Shown one piece after another: positions 8,797 through 18,617 of a stretch of 64,000 nucleotides of DNA. Position numbers and translations under genes: made by a program. The notes under the pieces were generated by a model. That model was not told the origin of the DNA and did no database searches. It saw nothing but the letters and a program-made list of their open reading frames with translations. Each line of letters begins with the position of its first letter. The stretch's first letter is position 1. This DNA is from an uncultured Sphaerochaeta sp. (GTDB lineage: Bacteria; Spirochaetota; Spirochaetia; Sphaerochaetales; Sphaerochaetaceae), in NCBI GenBank assembly GCA_964407735.1, contig CAYOWS010000012.1, positions 28,853-92,852 of the forward strand. Reading direction: 5' to 3'.

Positions 8797-10098
8797 ATGA
8801 AAATAATGAAAAGAACCATTGCTGTACTGTCCATGCTATGCGTCCTGACTTCCGTCTGGGCCATAACGTTGACGGAGAATCAGGCGGTGGAGTATGCGCT
8901 GCAGAACAGCGGCAGTCTGGAGCTTGCGGCCATGGATCTCGCAATGCAGGCGAGGGCCGACAAGAACGGATGGAACGGATTGCTTCCGAACGTCCAGGTT
9001 TCAGCGACGCTGAACCGGAGTAATGAAGTCTCTGCTCCCATGCAGGCTTCTGGCATAAAGGATCCCTATTTTTCCTTTGTAGGAGGGGTGTCAGCCTCAT
9101 GGAACTTCAACCCGGCGTTGATCACCAACATCGACCTCGCCCACAGGCAGTACGAGGCCGGTCTGATCACCTACGAGGAGCAGAAGCAGCAGACGATCCT
9201 CAATGTCCGCAAGATGTTCTATGGCCTGTTGCTCCAGCAGGAGAGCCTGGCGATGCAGCGGGAATCGCTGAAGAATACAGAAGCCAGGGTCTCTCAGGCG
9301 GAAGAGAACTTCACGGCGGGCTATATCCCTGAACTGACGGTCCTTCAGGCCCAGACCAGCTACGACAACGCTGTGTCGAGCTTCCAGAAGCAGGAACAAT
9401 CGTTCGTCCAGCAGAAGCGGACCTTCGCCATGCTGCTCGGTTTGCCTGTCGACGAGGAGCTGACGCTCGAAGGTGAGATCGGAATGGATTTCTACGATAT
9501 CGATACCGCGACCAGCCTGAACTCCCTGGACAACCGTTTCGACATCGCCAAGCTCGGCAAGCAGGCGGAGGTGCTGAAGACCCAGGAGAAGGCGTTGAAG
9601 ATGCAGATCAATGTGCCGACTGTTTCACTGAGTGCATCATATCAGCCTGTCATCGCCGACATCACGAAGGATTGGAACGGGAACAACTACATGGACAACG
9701 GCAGCATGAGCGTGACGGTAGCCATGAACCTGACCAATCTGCTTCCTTGGTCCAGCGCACGGCAAGGATTGAAGGATTTACAGGACAATATCAGCAAGCT
9801 GGCTACCAGTGAGCTCGTGCTGCGTGAAAGTGCGACGGTCGAGATCCTCAACCTGCTCACTACGTTGGAACAGTCGCGTCTGGCGATCGAGAACAGCGAA
9901 CGTAGCATCGCCCTGGCACAGAAGGCCTATGACCTGACCGAGGACTCATACCGGTACGGCTCCACTGAACTGCTGGATGTGCGTGACGCACAGCTGCAGC
10001 TCGACCAAGCGAAGCTTGGCCGGTTGAGCGACCAATACACATACCTGTCGGCGTTGCTTGACCTTGAATACGCGATACAGAGGAGTATCATCAAATGA
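8797..10098 (+). CDS. TolC-family outer membrane efflux protein
   Basis: Signal peptide, and two repeated halves rich in coiled helices (LTLEQAVEYALQNS..., YRYGSTELLDVRDAQLQL). It is the first gene of the RND cluster. Confidence 0.9.
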   Translation: MKIMKRTIAVLSMLCVLTSVWAITLTENQAVEYALQNSGSLELAAMDLAMQARADKNGWNGLLPNVQVSATLNRSNEVSAPMQASGIKDPYFSFVGGVSASWNFNPALITNIDLAHRQYEAGLITYEEQKQQTILNVRKMFYGLLLQQESLAMQRESLKNTEARVSQAEENFTAGYIPELTVLQAQTSYDNAVSSFQKQEQSFVQQKRTFAMLLGLPVDEELTLEGEIGMDFYDIDTATSLNSLDNRFDIAKLGKQAEVLKTQEKALKMQINVPTVSLSASYQPVIADITKDWNGNNYMDNGSMSVTVAMNLTNLLPWSSARQGLKDLQDNISKLATSELVLRESATVEILNLLTTLEQSRLAIENSERSIALAQKAYDLTEDSYRYGSTELLDVRDAQLQLDQAKLGRLSDQYTYLSALLDLEYAIQRSIIK

Positions 10099-11045
10099 AT
10101 AAGATAAAGTACTACAAGGGCACCATCGTGTTCTCTCTCGCAGCCCTGCTGATGCTGGGGGCGTTGATCGGTTGTTCCAAGACGGATGCGACGGCCGCCC
10201 AGAGTTCCGCCGCCCCCGTAGCGGCTGAAACCGTGGCGATCCCTGTCCAGGTCTACAAGACCAGTCCCGAGCCGATCACCTCCTACCTGCGGTTCAGCGG
10301 TGACGTCTCCGCCTCCGTCAGCGTCGATATTCTGCCCGAGCTCTCCGGCAAGGTCTCCAATGTATACGTCGAAGTGGGCGACCGGGTCGCGAAAGACCAG
10401 GTGCTGTTCGATATCGACCCCTCCCGCCCTGGAACGACCTACAACCTCAGTCAGGTGAAAGCGATCAAGGACGGAACCATTACCTCGTTCGCTCCTGTCG
10501 TCGGCGTGACGGTGGCTCCCACCATGTCGCTGGGCAAGATCAGCGATACCGACAACCTGGAGATCTCCTTCAGCGTCGTGGAACGGTACATCTCACAGAT
10601 CCACGAAGGGCAGAAGGCTGAAGTCACATTTACGGCGTATCCTGGAGAGATGTTCTCCGCCACCGTCACGAAAGTCAGCCCCATGCTGGATCCCGCCAGC
10701 CGAACGCTGAAAGTGACCTGTACGCTCGATGAACCGGACGACAGGATCATCATCGGCATGTATGCCAAGATCCAGGTATTCACCGATCATAAGGAAGATT
10801 GCATCATAGTTCCGTACAGCGCCGTACTGACGAGTGACAGGCAGAGCTATGTCTTCGTTGTGAACGACTCGAAGAACCCCTCCGTCGCGGAACGCCGTAA
10901 TGTAACGCTCGGCGTACGGACCGACAATATCGTGGAGGTCCTTGATGGCCTACAGATGGGAGATCAAGTCATAGTCAGAGGGCAGAACCTGCTCGCAGAC
11001 GGCAGTACCGTCAATGTAGCATCCACAGTAGAGGAGATTCGCTGA
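10095..11045 (+). CDS. Efflux RND periplasmic adaptor subunit (HlyD/MFP family), lipoprotein
   Basis: Lipobox LIGC. A lipoyl/beta-barrel pattern is present (GKVSNVYVEVGDRVAKDQVLFDID ... VTLGVRTDNIVEVLDGLQMGDQVIVRG). The start overlaps the upstream stop in ATGA. Confidence 0.9.
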   Translation: MNKIKYYKGTIVFSLAALLMLGALIGCSKTDATAAQSSAAPVAAETVAIPVQVYKTSPEPITSYLRFSGDVSASVSVDILPELSGKVSNVYVEVGDRVAKDQVLFDIDPSRPGTTYNLSQVKAIKDGTITSFAPVVGVTVAPTMSLGKISDTDNLEISFSVVERYISQIHEGQKAEVTFTAYPGEMFSATVTKVSPMLDPASRTLKVTCTLDEPDDRIIIGMYAKIQVFTDHKEDCIIVPYSAVLTSDRQSYVFVVNDSKNPSVAERRNVTLGVRTDNIVEVLDGLQMGDQVIVRGQNLLADGSTVNVASTVEEIR

Positions 11046-14000
11046 TGTCCTTATCAAAAATGGCGGTACGTAAACCTACTACCGTATTGATCATATTCGT
11101 CGTGCTGACGGCGTTAGGCATTTATGCCACGACGCTGTTGCCGATTGATCTGTTCCCGGAGATGGAGATGCCGTACATCATCGTTTCAACGTCGTACAGC
11201 AACGCCAGTCCGGAAGAGGTCGAAGACAAGGTCACACGGACCTTGGAGAGTTCCCTGTCGGGCATATCGGGTCTGAAAACCATGCAGTCGATCTCGGGTC
11301 AAGGGTCCAGCATGATCATGTTGGAATTCTCCGACGGGACCGACTTGGCGGAAGCCACCAACATGGTCCGGGACCGAATCGACCTGATCAGGAACTACCT
11401 CCCGAGTGAAGTCACTTCGCCGATCATCCTGAAGATGGATCCATCAATGATTCCGATCATGACGATCGCTTTGACTGGTGACCGTTCTTTGGAAGAGTTG
11501 AGACAGGTCGCTGAGGATATCGTCCAGCCCCGGTTGGAGCAGATTGAAGGTGTCGCCTCGGTCTCCGTCAGCGGTGGACGCGAGAAAGCGATCAACATCG
11601 ACATTTCCCGTGACAGCCTTGAAGCCTATGGGCTGACGATCACGCAGGTCGGACAGATGCTTGCGGCGCAGAACGTCCGTTCCGCCAGTGGAAGCATCAC
11701 CGAAAGCGGAATTGACTACAGCATCACCACCAGCGGACAGTTCCAGTCGCTTGATGATATCCGCAACACCGTCATCGCCTATAAGCCCGGAACCCCGACC
11801 GCGACCGGTGTCGAAGTCCATCGGATTCTTCTGGGCGATATCGCCGATGTATACGAAGGCTACAAGCCGATCAGCAGCTATGCCTATCTCAACGGTTCGC
11901 CCTGCGTACTTCTGTCCGTTCAGAAGCAGAGCAGCAAGAACTCAGTGCAGACCGTCGAGCAGATCCGCAGGGATATGCCGAGCATCATGGAAAGCCTCCC
12001 CGGGGGTGTCGATCTGGTCGAGACCTCGAATTCCACCGATATCATCAACGAGGCGATCTCCACGGTTCTCGATTCCGCGATCCAGGGAGCCATCCTGGCG
12101 ATCCTTGTGCTGCTGTTCTTCCTGAGAAGTTTCAAGAGTACCGGGATCATCGGCCTGACGATTCCCGTCTCCCTGATCGTTACCTTGGGGATCATGTATT
12201 TCTCAGGCCATACCCTGAACATGATGACCTTGGCAGGTCTCGCATTGGGCGTAGGTATGCTGGTCGACAACTCGATCGTCATATTGGAGAACATCTACAG
12301 CTATCGAGAAAAAGGGGCCAAGGCCGACGTCGCCGCGATCCTCGGGTCGCAGGAAATGACGATGGCGATCACCAGCAGTACGCTGACTACGATCTGTGTA
12401 TTCCTGCCGATGATCATGTTCGGTTCCCGTCTGGGGATGATGAAGCAGGTCTTCATGGGCCTTGCTTTCACCGTCGTCATCTCATTGGTGTGCAGCTTGC
12501 TGTTCGCCATCGTGCTCGTTCCAGTCCTGGCTTCGAAATACCTGCGGCTTGAGAACGTCAAGAAACGTAACAAGAAAGGCTTGAACAAGGTCATGACCCG
12601 TTTCTTCGACGCGGTCGACAACGGATATTCCAAGGCGGTCCGGTTCGCCGTGCGCCACAAGCTGCTGATTATCGCGTTGGTCCTGGTCGCCTTGGTGCTG
12701 AGCGTCATGGCGATACCCCGCATCGGGTTCGTCTATATGCCGGAGCAGGAGGACACGACCCTTACCGTCAATCTGACGATGCCCCAAGGAACCAATGTCG
12801 AGGTCACGAATGAGACGATCCGCACGTTTGAGGAACTTGTTCGTAACAACATCACTGGGGTAAAGGATATTACGGTCTCCGTAGGAGGTTCTTCGATCAT
12901 GGGCGGAGGAACGAACAGCGGCACCATGACGATGTCCTTCTATTCTCCGGCTGAACGGGCCGGCATGGATCCCGCGGAGGTCGCCGCATGGGATACTGTG
13001 AACACTGCGAAGGATAAGATCCGGCCGGTGTTCAACGTCTTCCCTGGCGCTGACTTTACGATCTCCGGTTCTTCAATGATGAGCATCAGCGGCGGTGGCA
13101 TCGACGTAGCGGTCAAAGGCGACGATATGGACGCCGTCCGTTCAATGACCCAGCAGATCAAGACCTTGCTACAGGAGGAAGGCGGCGAGTTCGTCACCGA
13201 TATCGAGACCTCCATGACCGAAGGGCTGCCACAGGTAGACATCGTGATCGATCGCGAACGGATGTACGCCCTCGGTCTGACGATCGCCGGCGTCAACTCC
13301 GAACTCAAGGCGAATATCGACGGCATGACGATCGGCCGATACTACGACAGTGGCGAGGAGACCGACATCATCATCGGCCTGCCTGCCGCGGATAAAGCCC
13401 AGCTGATCGATCTGGAACAGGTCTCCGTGACCAACGCCAACGGTACGAAGATTCCTCTCTCCAACTTCGCCACCTATGTGGAGACGACCTCTCCGACCTC
13501 AATTCTGAGGGAGAACCAGGCGCGCTCGATCCATATCACGGGGACTCCCGTACCTGGCCTGAGCATTGACCAGGTCCAGCGCGGCGTGGAGAACTTGATC
13601 AACACGAGGATCCCCGCCGATGATTCCGTATTCATTACGTTCGGTGGTGACTACGAGATGCTCATGGAGGGGCTGGAGACCTTCTTCCTGATCATCATCA
13701 TGGCGATCATCTTGGTGTTCGCGGTCATGGCCAGCCAGTTCGAGTCCTTCAAGGATCCGTTCATCGTGTTGTTCACCATTCCGCTGTCGATCGTCGGCAT
13801 CGTGATCGTCTATATGCTGATGGGCAAGTCATTGAGCATGATCACCGCGATCGGCGCGTTGATCCTTGTTGGTATCATCGTCAACAACGGTATCGTCCTG
13901 ATCGACTACATGAACCTGTTGCGCAAGCGTGGCTATGGTCTGGAGGACGCCTGCGTCGCGGCTGCGAAGAGCCGTCTCCGCCCGATCCTCATGACTACGC

Positions 14001-14491
14001 TGACCACGGTTCTCGCCCTGGTCCCGATGACCTTCGCCTCCAGCGGCAACGCCGCGCTGGTACAGCCGATCGGCATGACGGTCCTCGGTGGTCTGACCTT
14101 CGGCACCTTGATGACGTTGTTCCTGATGCCCGTACTCTACTACCTGTTCAATCACGGCAAGGACAAACGGATGCAGAAGAAACGGAAGATTCTGGAAGCA
14201 GCCGCTGAAGCCGCGGTCTATGATGTCCTGCGGCCCTCGAATTCCGCGGACACAGTTTCTGAGGATGTCGAAAAAGCGCGGGAGTTCCTGGAAGATGTTC
14301 CCATGGATCCTGCTTCATCGGAAGCGACTGGACCAGTGCAACCGGAACCAGCCGGTGACGACGTTGTTGCGGACGAACCTGAATCTGAAGCCTCTGGACG
14401 TACCGATGAGGCTGATGCAGCCAAGACCACGATCGCCGGACATTCTGTGAAATGGTCCAACATGGGCGACGATGAGGAGGAAAAGCGATGA
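11045..14491 (+). CDS. RND (AcrB/HAE1-type) efflux permease with about 100-aa acidic C-terminal tail
   Basis: 1148 aa with a 12-TM architecture and two large periplasmic loops. It has typical AcrB N-terminus (MAVRKPTTVLIIFVVL) and TM4/TM10 regions. Confidence 0.95.
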   Translation: MSLSKMAVRKPTTVLIIFVVLTALGIYATTLLPIDLFPEMEMPYIIVSTSYSNASPEEVEDKVTRTLESSLSGISGLKTMQSISGQGSSMIMLEFSDGTDLAEATNMVRDRIDLIRNYLPSEVTSPIILKMDPSMIPIMTIALTGDRSLEELRQVAEDIVQPRLEQIEGVASVSVSGGREKAINIDISRDSLEAYGLTITQVGQMLAAQNVRSASGSITESGIDYSITTSGQFQSLDDIRNTVIAYKPGTPTATGVEVHRILLGDIADVYEGYKPISSYAYLNGSPCVLLSVQKQSSKNSVQTVEQIRRDMPSIMESLPGGVDLVETSNSTDIINEAISTVLDSAIQGAILAILVLLFFLRSFKSTGIIGLTIPVSLIVTLGIMYFSGHTLNMMTLAGLALGVGMLVDNSIVILENIYSYREKGAKADVAAILGSQEMTMAITSSTLTTICVFLPMIMFGSRLGMMKQVFMGLAFTVVISLVCSLLFAIVLVPVLASKYLRLENVKKRNKKGLNKVMTRFFDAVDNGYSKAVRFAVRHKLLIIALVLVALVLSVMAIPRIGFVYMPEQEDTTLTVNLTMPQGTNVEVTNETIRTFEELVRNNITGVKDITVSVGGSSIMGGGTNSGTMTMSFYSPAERAGMDPAEVAAWDTVNTAKDKIRPVFNVFPGADFTISGSSMMSISGGGIDVAVKGDDMDAVRSMTQQIKTLLQEEGGEFVTDIETSMTEGLPQVDIVIDRERMYALGLTIAGVNSELKANIDGMTIGRYYDSGEETDIIIGLPAADKAQLIDLEQVSVTNANGTKIPLSNFATYVETTSPTSILRENQARSIHITGTPVPGLSIDQVQRGVENLINTRIPADDSVFITFGGDYEMLMEGLETFFLIIIMAIILVFAVMASQFESFKDPFIVLFTIPLSIVGIVIVYMLMGKSLSMITAIGALILVGIIVNNGIVLIDYMNLLRKRGYGLEDACVAAAKSRLRPILMTTLTTVLALVPMTFASSGNAALVQPIGMTVLGGLTFGTLMTLFLMPVLYYLFNHGKDKRMQKKRKILEAAAEAAVYDVLRPSNSADTVSEDVEKAREFLEDVPMDPASSEATGPVQPEPAGDDVVADEPESEASGRTDEADAAKTTIAGHSVKWSNMGDDEEEKR

Positions 14492-14781
14492 AGATGAAAC
14501 GGATGGATATAGTGCTGAGCCAGGCGCTTGAGGAGGATTTCATCTATCAGTGCCAGTTGCTCCATGTCGCGGACAACTATACGAAGGTCCCCGATGTAAT
14601 GGGACGTGGTTGTAGCAGTCCCAAGATGGGCGACAGCATCTGGCCCCAGCTGAACTCCTGGTTCATGATGGTCGTATCGGAAGACGATGCCTTCAAGTTG
14701 AAGAAGCTGGTCGAAAGTCTCCGGCAGGAATATCCTGACGAGGGTGTCGGATGCTTTGAATCAGAGGTAAATGTATTGTAG
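14488..14781 (+). CDS. Small RND-associated protein (P-II-like / DUF3240- or PG0541-type; tentative)
   Basis: 97 aa, translationally coupled (ATGA overlap) to the RND gene. Size, position and the DIVLSQALEEDF...MMVVSEDDAFKLKKLVESLRQEY pattern fit the small transporter-associated family. The assignment is from memory only. Confidence 0.55.
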   Translation: MKMKRMDIVLSQALEEDFIYQCQLLHVADNYTKVPDVMGRGCSSPKMGDSIWPQLNSWFMMVVSEDDAFKLKKLVESLRQEYPDEGVGCFESEVNVL

Positions 14782-15124
14782 TTCTACATAAGGATTCTGC
14801 ATTGCTTCTATCCTGATGGAAGCAAATGCAGACTAACTGTTATCAGATAGGGCTGTCGCCAAAGCCGAAAGGTTCGGACGATGGCCCTTTATCATGTCAT
14901 TGGATTATGATATATACCTGGGCGATATTTTGATGCAGAATCAAAGGAAAATAATTGAGACAGCCATTCCCAGTTTGATGTCGCTGCCTCTGTAAGATTC
15001 CCTGTCCCAGTATTACCATTGCTTTGTATGGATGTATCCTTCCCCCTATCGAGTTTCCCACTCCGCTAAGTACGTCGTTATCAGAAAATTTACTGATAGC
15101 ATATAGTATTTATTCAATATTTTA

Positions 15125-15152
15125 TTGACAGCGATATTTATTGGCTTAAAAT
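15125..15152 (+). promoter_or_regulatory. Strong sigma-70-type promoter
   Basis: TTGACA (15125-15130), 16-nt spacer, TAAAAT (15147-15152). Confidence 0.55.
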
Positions 15153-15162
15153 AGTATTCACT

Positions 15163-15309
<147 letters not shown>

Positions 15310-15340
15310 AAGTCCATAAACTGATCTCATCGATTACGTC

Positions 15341-15368
15341 ACCCCTACTTCGTGGTAGGGGTGTTTTT
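15341..15368 (+). terminator. Rho-independent terminator
   Basis: acccctac-ttcgtg-gtaggggt followed by gttttt. Confidence 0.7.
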
Positions 15369-15489
15369 GTGTCGTCTGATAGGAGCTGATAGAAGAAAAA
15401 GCAGTAACCAAGGTTTGTAGACAAGGCAGCCTGGGACACTGAAAAAGTTTTGATTGCGATATTTTTTTGTAAGGGAAAAGGAGATGGAA

Positions 15490-17211
15490 ATGAAAAAGAA
15501 CAGATTGTTGACGGTGTCAGCATTCCTCGCTATTACAATGGCGGTTATGCTTGTGTTCACTGGTTGTAATGCGGATATGCAGGAGCCATCCGAAACAGGT
15601 ACATTATCTATGTCAATTAATGATATTGGCCCTCATGCTACAGAGTCTGATACGTATCGAATATCCGTGCGACAAGGTGGTACAGAAAAGTCATATGAGT
15701 TTGCCAAGGCTGGCACATTTGATATTGAAAATCTTGCCCCGGGATCCTATACGGTGATCGTAGAGGCCATCAACAAAGGTGATGAGTCCGACGATGCGGT
15801 CTACAGTGTTGGGATGATGACAAGTGCTACGGTCATAGCTGGTAGCAGAACGCCATGTCCTGTTGATCTGAAAGGTTGCGTGTATATTTCTTCTACTGGA
15901 GCTGATGATGGACCAGGATCTAAAGATTCTCCCTATAAGACTATTGCGAAAGCATTGCAAGCTATCGATACCAGCAATATAGGTACAATCCATATTCTGA
16001 ACGATATCACAGAGGACGTAACGATCAATCAACCAGTAGCGATCGTAGGTTTTGGTGCTGATCCTGTCACAACTGATTTAGATGGATATACCATTTCATC
16101 AGGGGATCCATCTGTTGTTACACTTACAGGCAAACTGACCGTTAATGCTGATGTGGTTCTCAGAAATCTCAAGCTGGTGAGTTCTGATGATCATGCGATA
16201 AAAATCACAAAGGCTAATGGAATTTCTTTTATTGGTAGCCATCTTTACATTGTTCCCGGCTCCAAAAAGAATGGGATCGAGTATTCGGTGAATATGACCG
16301 ATGATGCTTCTATTGTTTTGGACCATTCCATTATCGAACTGACCGGTAACAATGGATATGATCATGTCGGGATCCGTGTCGATGGTACTGGAGCCGCTAT
16401 TCCATATACATCGAAGCTCGGCACAGCAATTGTCTCCATTTGGGATTCTTCGATAAAAGCCTCTCAGGGGCTGGGGATTGACCTGAAGCGTCTTGCGAAA
16501 GCTGACCTGTACCTAGATGGAAGTCATATAGATATCGATACAAACTATTATGCTGTCCGGCTCTATGACGTTGGCAAAGTGGATACACAAAGTACGGCCA
16601 TAGCAAAAAATTCTTTTTTGAAAGGATGGGGCGCATTCTATATTCAGGCGGATTCTTACAACATCCAGTCTACAATTTCAAATTGTATTCTCACTGGATA
16701 TAACAACAATACTGGAGTAACCAACGATTTCAATACAATCCCGCTTGATTCTAGTACAAATTGTGATGCTGTGATTGAGAATTCAACCATTCAATTCGGG
16801 CGTTCCTCAACTGCGGAAGATCAGGCTGCGGCTAAGATCTATTACTATGACAATACAGGAGAAGGACAGAGTACGGTTGAATTTAAGAACAACAAAATAG
16901 AATGGGTGGGAACCGGAACTGAGATGGGTTCCATTGTCTTCTCTGCTGAAACGATAATACAGAAAAATGGAGTAGATACAAATTTTGCACCAAATGAAAT
17001 TATCGTCGATGCGGCTACATTGAAATCCTTGACTGACCAAGGCTATGATGTACATAGGAGTACAGATACTGAATATCTATCGGGGACAAAGCTTGATGGA
17101 AAATGGAATGGACTGATGAATCCCGCAAAAGCGACAGGGACGCGTACAGAAGATTCTACACCATATACTCTGAGCATACAGACCATTTCCTTTGAAAGGC
17201 CGGTTGACTGA
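15490..17211 (+). CDS. Lipoprotein with Ig-like N-domain and DUF1565/beta-helix-like region
   Basis: SD aaaggag lies before the ATG at 15490. Lipobox MLVFTGC|N. GSKDSPYKTIAKALQAI parallels the motif in the 4838 lipoprotein. The gene is AT-rich relative to its neighbours (by eye). Confidence 0.8.
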   Translation: MKKNRLLTVSAFLAITMAVMLVFTGCNADMQEPSETGTLSMSINDIGPHATESDTYRISVRQGGTEKSYEFAKAGTFDIENLAPGSYTVIVEAINKGDESDDAVYSVGMMTSATVIAGSRTPCPVDLKGCVYISSTGADDGPGSKDSPYKTIAKALQAIDTSNIGTIHILNDITEDVTINQPVAIVGFGADPVTTDLDGYTISSGDPSVVTLTGKLTVNADVVLRNLKLVSSDDHAIKITKANGISFIGSHLYIVPGSKKNGIEYSVNMTDDASIVLDHSIIELTGNNGYDHVGIRVDGTGAAIPYTSKLGTAIVSIWDSSIKASQGLGIDLKRLAKADLYLDGSHIDIDTNYYAVRLYDVGKVDTQSTAIAKNSFLKGWGAFYIQADSYNIQSTISNCILTGYNNNTGVTNDFNTIPLDSSTNCDAVIENSTIQFGRSSTAEDQAAAKIYYYDNTGEGQSTVEFKNNKIEWVGTGTEMGSIVFSAETIIQKNGVDTNFAPNEIIVDAATLKSLTDQGYDVHRSTDTEYLSGTKLDGKWNGLMNPAKATGTRTEDSTPYTLSIQTISFERPVD

Positions 17212-17259
17212 TACATCCTATAGATATGGATCAAGGATATCCATATTGACTTTTCAGCT

Positions 17260-17305
17260 AGAGCCCTGCTGGGTATGAACAAGATCGAGCAGGGCTCTGT
17301 TTCTC
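17260..17305. terminator. Stem-loop between convergent genes
   Basis: A perfect 11-bp stem, agagccctgct (17260-17270) with agcagggctct (17288-17298), followed by a weak T tail on the plus strand. Confidence 0.5.
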
Positions 17306-17308
17306 CGA

Positions 17309-17869
17309 TTACCCCAATATCCCCAGATGATCCAGCAGGATCTTGAGTCCCATCAAAATCAGGACGATCCCGCCGAAAAGCTCTGCCTTGGACTTGTATC
17401 TGGAACCGAACACGTTGCCGATCTTGACACCTGCCGCGGAGAACAGAAAGGTGATGACTCCGATCGAACTGACGGCCGAGATGATATCGACCTGGAGGAA
17501 GGCGAAGGATATTCCAACCGCCAGGGCGTCGATGCTGGTGGCTATCGCCAGCGGAAGCATCGTCTTGAAATTGAAGGAGTCGTTACAACATTCCTCTTTT
17601 GACCGTGATTCACGGATCATGTTGAATCCGATCAGGCCAAGCAGCACGAAAGCGATCCAGTGGTCGACGCTGGTGATCAGGGACTGGAACTGGACGCCCA
17701 GAAGGTAGCCCAACGCCGGCATCAACGCCTGGAATCCTCCGAAATAGAGGCCCGCCGTCAGCATATGCCTGATTCCGACTTTCTGAACCGAAAGACCTTT
17801 GCAGATCGAGACCGCGAAGGCATCCATTGACAAACCGACAGCGATGATGATCAGTTCCCAAATTCCCAT
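17309..17869 (-). CDS. mntP: Manganese efflux pump MntP
   Basis: Start at [22 protein letters not shown] with SD aaggag upstream. The duplicated DUF204 halves (SMDAF / SIDAL) are typical of MntP. The longer 253-aa track ORF would run through the riboswitch. Confidence 0.9.
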   Translation of the reverse strand: MGIWELIIIAVGLSMDAFAVSICKGLSVQKVGIRHMLTAGLYFGGFQALMPALGYLLGVQFQSLITSVDHWIAFVLLGLIGFNMIRESRSKEECCNDSFNFKTMLPLAIATSIDALAVGISFAFLQVDIISAVSSIGVITFLFSAAGVKIGNVFGSRYKSKAELFGGIVLILMGLKILLDHLGILG

Positions 17870-17910
17870 CCTGTCCTCCTTGACGTAGTTTTCCGGCGAC
17901 AGATCGGCAT

Positions 17911-17946
17911 AAAAAAAAGACCCACCTGTCATCCACAGATAAGTCT
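17911..17946 (-). terminator. Intrinsic terminator of the riboswitch leader
   Basis: On the minus strand AGACUUAUCUGU-GGAUG-ACAGGUGGGUCU forms 12 bp (including G-U pairs) followed by a U-run. Its 5' arm reuses the aptamer 3' strand. Confidence 0.7.
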
Positions 17947-18040
17947 CGTCATTTAAAACAAAGCCAGGAAACGGAGATGTTTCCAGTATGTTGACTCCGT
18001 CACGCCGCGAAGCGCTGACTACTCCCTTAACGCACCGTTC
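17911..18040 (-). ncRNA. yybP-ykoY-type manganese riboswitch with terminator expression platform
   Basis: The minus strand reads ...guuaAGGGAGUAGucagcg...ggagUCAACAUACugg...gacGAGACuuauc. These match the conserved GGGGAGUAG, UUGACAUA and AGAGAC strands. The element lies directly upstream of mntP. Confidence 0.75.
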
Positions 18041-18162
18041 TACAATTGCACGCCTGTGTCGGTTTGTCAAGTATTGGATACCTCTCCCTCAGGGGCGGTT
18101 CGTTGTAACTGTTGATAGTACAATGATGATGATGTATATTGTAGTCATCGGTAGGTGATGAT

Positions 18163-18594
18163 ATGAAGATAACATCCAGGTTTTCAGTCGCGGTCCACAC
18201 GTTGCTCGCGATATACACGTTCGGCGGAGAATACAAGACGACCTCTGAGTTCATCGCGTCCAGCGTCAACGTCAATCCGGTCATTATCCGCCGTACCTTG
18301 GGATCGCTGAAAGAGGCTGGGATCGTGGAGGTCAAAGCCGGCAGCGGTGGTGCGACCATCATCAAGCCATTGCGGGATATCTCATTGTTGGATGTCTACA
18401 AGGCGGTGGATAGCGTGGAGGACGATGGTCTGTTCAATTTCCATGACAACCCGAACCCCGCTTGCCCGGTCGGCAGGAACATCCATGCCGTGCTGGATGG
18501 ACATCTGCTCGACGCCCAGCTCGCCATGGAGCGAGAGCTTCAGAAGGTCACGTTCGCGGAACTTGTGGAAGACCTTGGCAGACACCTGAAGTAG
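18163..18594 (+). CDS. Rrf2-family transcriptional regulator
   Basis: 143 aa. MKITSRFSVAVHTLLAI...TSEFIASSVNVNPVIIRRTLGSLKEAGIV is the Rrf2 winged HTH. Confidence 0.9.
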   Translation: MKITSRFSVAVHTLLAIYTFGGEYKTTSEFIASSVNVNPVIIRRTLGSLKEAGIVEVKAGSGGATIIKPLRDISLLDVYKAVDSVEDDGLFNFHDNPNPACPVGRNIHAVLDGHLLDAQLAMERELQKVTFAELVEDLGRHLK

Positions 18595-18617
18595 AGTGGT
18601 TGCCCTCGATATGAGTT

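Noticed and set aside
17309-18070. Full 253-aa track ORF as MntP
   Set aside because: The N-terminal 67 codons overlap the yybP-ykoY aptamer and its terminator. MntP homologues start at the MGIWEL-type TM1, which has its own SD.
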